From NCBI GenBank assembly GCA_963772365.1, contig CAVYXA010000003.1:640001-704000 (forward strand): a stretch of 64,000 nucleotides of DNA. The letters run 5' to 3'. The notes under the pieces are model-generated. The model had not been told where the DNA came from and did not search any database. It saw only the letters and a program-made list of their open reading frames with translations. This document shows, one piece after another, positions 60,056 to 64,000 of the stretch. Every line of letters starts with the position of its first letter. Within the stretch, counting starts at the first letter, position 1. The DNA is from an uncultured Verrucomicrobiae bacterium (lineage in GTDB: Bacteria > Verrucomicrobiota > Verrucomicrobiia > Chthoniobacterales > UBA10450). The translations under genes and the position numbers were made by a program.

Positions 60056-61024
60056 TTGTCTTGTATGACAGGGTTGCAATACCGATGGCAAGCACCGCCA
60101 AACTTCGATGATATAGTTGAAAGAATTAGGGCTGCGGCGACGAACAAAGCGAAGCTGGACGAAATCTTCGACAAGTTAATAAAGTATCAGCCGCTTCTTA
60201 ATTATCGTTTCGGTCGCGGCGGTGTCTATTGGCGCGGGTGCCGCGCAAAAAGCGAGGCTGGGTTCGAGCATGCACACGAAGTTGGGCCACCGCCCGCGGC
60301 GTCGACAAAGGCGGGACGACTAAACGATCCGGCCGAACCAATTTTGTACACGTCCACAAGAACACATACCGTCTTCAATGAACTGTCTGTCAAAGAGGGC
60401 GCTTATGTTCACATAATCGGCGTCAGAATTAAGCCGAAGGCGACATTCCACATTATGGCGGTTGGTGAATTGTTTCATATTTTCAAGACAGAACGGTCCC
60501 GTATTCTCGGCGGCAAGATTGGAGCAACGCTTAATCGAATGCTAAACGACACAGATCCAGACCTTGGAAGGCGCTTAATCTATGTCGATGCTCTGCTTGA
60601 TTCATACTTAGCGGATCCAAACGCACGCGATGACGAATATTTACATAGTCGCGCTATCGCACGGGCAATCTTCAAGAAAGTCGATCTGATTGAGGCATTT
60701 TTTTATCCCAGCGTGTGCCAGGAAGCCGGAATGAATCTTGCCGTTCGATCCGATATCTATGAAAAGAAAATGCACATCGTTTCGTCGCAAGTCGTTAGGA
60801 TAACGAGGCACCGAGAAGACCTCGGTCTCTTCGATTATGAAATTTGTCGCCACGCGAAGCATGTAAATGATGATGGGACGTTCGAGTGGCTTGAGAAAGG
60901 GGATACTTCGAATCGTGCAATCTTATTTGGACTAACCGGTGAAGAAGAAAAATTCTCCAAAGCGAGAGGTGGCGCGCTAACGGGAAACGACTTCCTAGAC
61001 ATAATTAGCCTTCATTCGCGGTGA
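60056..61024 (+). CDS. RES domain protein
   Basis: YWRG, GPPP...GRLN...ILYTS...FNEL, FFYPSV...NLAV. Confidence 0.8.
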   Translation: MSCMTGLQYRWQAPPNFDDIVERIRAAATNKAKLDEIFDKLIKYQPLLNYRFGRGGVYWRGCRAKSEAGFEHAHEVGPPPAASTKAGRLNDPAEPILYTSTRTHTVFNELSVKEGAYVHIIGVRIKPKATFHIMAVGELFHIFKTERSRILGGKIGATLNRMLNDTDPDLGRRLIYVDALLDSYLADPNARDDEYLHSRAIARAIFKKVDLIEAFFYPSVCQEAGMNLAVRSDIYEKKMHIVSSQVVRITRHREDLGLFDYEICRHAKHVNDDGTFEWLEKGDTSNRAILFGLTGEEEKFSKARGGALTGNDFLDIISLHSR

Positions 61025-61247
61025 CGTCGGATCCTACCAACGCGAAGCATTAAGTCGATAATTAAGGCTTAGTGGAGCCTTGCTGAGAGAATCACACACT
61101 GTCAGCGCTCTCATCTCGCCCTTATCGTTGTTCAGCGGCGATTTTCGGCGACGCTGAACTTAAGTTCGCAGGGCGTGGACGGGATCGATGCGGGTCGCTC
61201 GACGCGCGGGGAGAAATTAAAACGGTCACGAGTGATTAGCGTCAACA

Positions 61248-61445
61248 TCACGCTGGGCTTAATTCAGACTGGGCCAGGGCAGCTTCAAATACAGAGAGGA
61301 GCCTTTTCTTTTGATCGGCCACCGCTTGCTTCGAATCCAGCTTTCGCTCCAGGGACAATCCCGATTTTGGTTCGGTCAGACGGAGCAATCGCTCGCCACC
61401 CTTGAGTTTGATCAGATCGATCTGAATTTTGTCGCGGTCAATCAT
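61248..61445 (-). CDS. Small hypothetical protein
   Basis: 65-aa ORF 6 bp downstream of 61452..61820. Confidence 0.65.
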   Translation of the reverse strand: MIDRDKIQIDLIKLKGGERLLRLTEPKSGLSLERKLDSKQAVADQKKRLLSVFEAALAQSELSPA

Positions 61446-61451
61446 CGCTGC

Positions 61452-61820
61452 TTAACTTTCCCGGAAACCATGCGATTGCAACATGCGGTTGAGATTCTCG
61501 ATAGACGCCGGACCAAATTGCGCATGGGCAGAATATGCGGCGCGCTCAAAACTTCCCTCGTTGAATTCACGCAAGCTCACTGGCGGATCGATTGATGCAA
61601 CCGTTAGCGCTTCGAGAATTTCGTGATAGAGCGTCACTGAAAATTCGTCATCACTCAGACCGGGGCGGATCACAATCTCCAGATTTCTGCCAGTAATTCG
61701 TGTGTTAGCGATCGCCTCGCGACCGAGGGCATCGAGCAGCGGAATCTCGCTCAACTTTAAGCGGACAATCTTGAAGCCGGCGTAAAGGCTGACGTTTTGG
61801 AATGAACCCGGATCGATCAT
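61452..61820 (-). CDS. Hypothetical protein with a zincin-like HExxE motif
   Basis: IVIRPGLSDDEFSVTLYHEILEA resembles the ImmA/IrrE lead-in but lacks the second His. Confidence 0.6.
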   Translation of the reverse strand: MIDPGSFQNVSLYAGFKIVRLKLSEIPLLDALGREAIANTRITGRNLEIVIRPGLSDDEFSVTLYHEILEALTVASIDPPVSLREFNEGSFERAAYSAHAQFGPASIENLNRMLQSHGFRES

Positions 61821-61937
61821 GCGCTAGCCGCGATCTCTTGAACGTCGCTGCTCATCATGGCGATTATCGGAGATTGTCTCGATTTCGCCAAGATTGTGCG
61901 CTGGCTTGCTGTCGTGCTCATTTTGGCGGAAACTGAA

Positions 61938-62158
61938 ATGCGTGAGCCAATCAGTTGTCAAGGTTGACCCCTGAGATCATGAGCGGCGCTCCCTGTTTCG
62001 CCGGGACGCGCGTTCCGATCCAAAATCTGATCGATTATCTCGAGGGCGGCGATTCGATTGACGGGTTTCTCGATGGTTTTCCGACTGTGTCGCGCGAGCA
62101 AGTAATCGCTTTCTTGGAGGAAGCTAAGACTCGCATGTTCTCTTCCGTGGCCCGGTGA
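61938..62158 (+). CDS. DUF433 antitoxin (5' frameshift), no cognate toxin next to it
   Basis: PEIMSGAPCFAGTRVPI...LEGGDSIDGFLDGFPTV. Confidence 0.85.
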
Positions 62159-62171
62159 GAAGGGCAGAACG

Positions 62172-62384
62172 CTACGAACGGGGGCGTCTCTTGTTTCTTG
62201 GGTACACGGTCGATTTTTCTCGAACCGCCAGGCTCCGGGAGGCTTTCTTTGGACGCACGGGTCTCGCTTTCGGCCTGAGAACACGCGCCTTTTGGACATC
62301 GAAATAATCGAGCACGTCCTGGCCTCGATCGAATCTCTCTTCGAGGTTGTTCGCGTTGGTCGCGTCACCCTGCGATTTTTTCAT
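62172..62384 (-). CDS. BrnA/CopG-like antitoxin
   Basis: LEERFDRGQDVLDYFD; overlaps the BrnT end. Confidence 0.7.
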   Translation of the reverse strand: MKKSQGDATNANNLEERFDRGQDVLDYFDVQKARVLRPKARPVRPKKASRSLAVREKSTVYPRNKRRPRS

Positions 62385-62632
62385 ACGTCTTGATCTCCGG
62401 CGCCGTCGATCTCCTGACACTTATAAATCCGAATCGTCGTTCCGCGATAGGTGATAATCGCGGACCAGTGCTCGTTTCCAATTGTGCCGATGACCATGTA
62501 TCGCTTTTCGAAAACATCTTTGGCACGCAGGAGAACCATTTTGGATTTCCAGAGCGCCTGCGCTTCAACAAAGTTAATTCCGTGCTTGGCTTTGTTGATC
62601 TCGTTCTTCTGAAGATCGAACTCAAACTCCAC
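62365..62632 (-). CDS. BrnT (DUF497) toxin, 3' frameshift
   Basis: MEFEFDLQKNEINKAKHGINFVEA...RYMVIG...ITYRG; shifted frame ISVRRS. Confidence 0.88.
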
Positions 62633-62747
62633 GGCGACAGCGATGATGAATCAGCTCGCCGCAAAATGGAACAGTGAAATCGATTTGCCCTGAGAGACTA
62701 ATCAATGCAGCGCGCCCGCGCAGCGACTGTTTTGCCGGGGCAATTTT

Positions 62748-63752
62748 TCAGGAGCGAAGGGGAGAAATTAAGTCGTTGGGTGAGAGTTGAGAGCCGAACG
62801 CAGATTGTTGACTGGATAATTTGTTATTCACCGTTTGCTCGGCGGCGGCGATCTTTTCCGGGGGAACGCGGCGGAGCTTGGAAGTAATTCCCAATTTGGA
62901 AAGCGTCCAGATGATCCATTTGGTGGGATCGAATTGCCACGGTTTGACGCCGTTGCGGTAATCGTATTGAAATTCGTGGTGATAGTTGTGGTAGCCCTCG
63001 CCGAAGGTAAAAATGGCGAGGAAGAACGAATCGCGCGCGCTGCAACGCGTGGAGTACGGTTGCCGGCCCATGCAATGGCAGGCGCTATTGATGAAAAAGG
63101 TGCAATGCTGCACGACGACGACCCGGGCAAGGCCGCCGATTAAGAATCCGCCGAGCGCGCCGACCCATCCATCGTAGAGAAATCCGGCGAGTGTCGGCAG
63201 AACAAAACCGACGAGGACAGCGAGGCCATGAATATGTCGATCCTGCCAGCGCACGAGCGGGTCCTTTTGCAGATCGATTACATTATCGTAGGGCGGTTGC
63301 GGGTTGAGTTTGAAAAGGAGCCAGCCGATGTGGGCGTGGAAGAAACCTTTCTGGATGTTGTAAGGATCTTCTTCGTGATCGACGTGCTTGTGGTGCCGGC
63401 GATGTTCGCTCGTCCACATGAGCACAGAGTTTTCGAAGGCGCCTGCACCGAAGATAAGGACGAGGAGCCGCATCGGCCATCTCGCCTCAAAAGTTTTGTG
63501 CGCGAAAAGCCGGTGATAGCCGGCAGTGATGCTAAATCCGGTGAGCGCGACGAAGAGAAAAAACAGGCCGACGTGAAACCAGCTGAGGCCAAAGAACCAA
63601 AGGTAAATCGGCAGACAAGTCACCGTAAGAAAAGCTGTTCCGATCAGGAATGAGCTGGTGATCCAGTTGATCCGATGTCGCGGAAGGGAAAGGATCGTCC
63701 GTTGTCGATCTTCCACTTCTATTGGGACGGAGTCAGCGAGCGAGGACGACAT
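62748..63752 (-). CDS. Delta-9 fatty acid desaturase
   Basis: His boxes GYHRLFAH, HRRHH, GEGYHNYHH; WQFDPTKW. Confidence 0.95.
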   Translation of the reverse strand: MSSSLADSVPIEVEDRQRTILSLPRHRINWITSSFLIGTAFLTVTCLPIYLWFFGLSWFHVGLFFLFVALTGFSITAGYHRLFAHKTFEARWPMRLLVLIFGAGAFENSVLMWTSEHRRHHKHVDHEEDPYNIQKGFFHAHIGWLLFKLNPQPPYDNVIDLQKDPLVRWQDRHIHGLAVLVGFVLPTLAGFLYDGWVGALGGFLIGGLARVVVVQHCTFFINSACHCMGRQPYSTRCSARDSFFLAIFTFGEGYHNYHHEFQYDYRNGVKPWQFDPTKWIIWTLSKLGITSKLRRVPPEKIAAAEQTVNNKLSSQQSAFGSQLSPNDLISPLRS

Positions 63753-63954
63753 CTTTTTTTGTCCAGCTATGGACTTGGTGGCAATGCGGACACGTTAGGC
63801 GCGGACGATTGAGTTTGGTGCCGTTCCAAGCTGATTCTCTTACCGTCTTGCCGGTAGAAGCGAGCTTGCCGGTCGAAGGACATCGGACCAGGATTCGTTT
63901 AATCGCTGTCCCCGCGGGTGGTTTTGCTGCTCGTTTGAGATTGAAGTTACCCAT
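63733..63954 (-). CDS. Small zinc-ribbon-like protein
   Basis: CPSTG...CPHCHQVHSW. Confidence 0.6.
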   Translation of the reverse strand: MGNFNLKRAAKPPAGTAIKRILVRCPSTGKLASTGKTVRESAWNGTKLNRPRLTCPHCHQVHSWTKKDVVLAR

Positions 63955-64000
63955 CAGAGTCGATAAACGATGCGGGCCTTTTCCATGTCGTAGGGCGACA

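Overview
A 64-kb bacterial chromosomal window, probably from a soil Verrucomicrobiota member (Chthoniobacterales-like). That assignment is inferred from a VPxSG-type PEP-CTERM protein, DUF5069-like genes, the repeat families and the gene content. Core content: an HDAC-family deacetylase, tRNA-Pro(GGG), ychF, a convergent type II secretion/pseudopilin cluster, an LMF protein, a tRNA(CAT), an ECF sigma/anti-sigma-like pair, dapL, sodA, lolC/E, parB, ygfZ, glgE, DUF885, trpS, an APC permease, tag, kynurenine-pathway genes (kynA, kynB, 3HAO, ACMSD), a Rieske oxygenase and a fatty-acid desaturase. Many conserved genes, mostly at 3-33 kb, are split by single-base frameshifts, most likely long-read consensus errors. 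There are two toxin-antitoxin hot spots (27.9-34.7 kb and 60-62.7 kb). Top finding: 41243..42070 looks like a bacterial gasdermin whose conserved N-terminal cysteine is the +1 Cys of a lipoprotein signal peptide. It would be an exported, lipid-anchored gasdermin-like protein with no protease next to it. Other highlights: palindromic repeats inserted in frame inside four enzyme-type genes; a 99-bp duplication of a gene 3' end around a TA-like pair; a GGGGTC/GACCCC hairpin family with tandem duplications and a captured group II intron 5' fragment; and MITE-like elements bracketing a permease. All family calls are motif recognition by eye; no database search was run.
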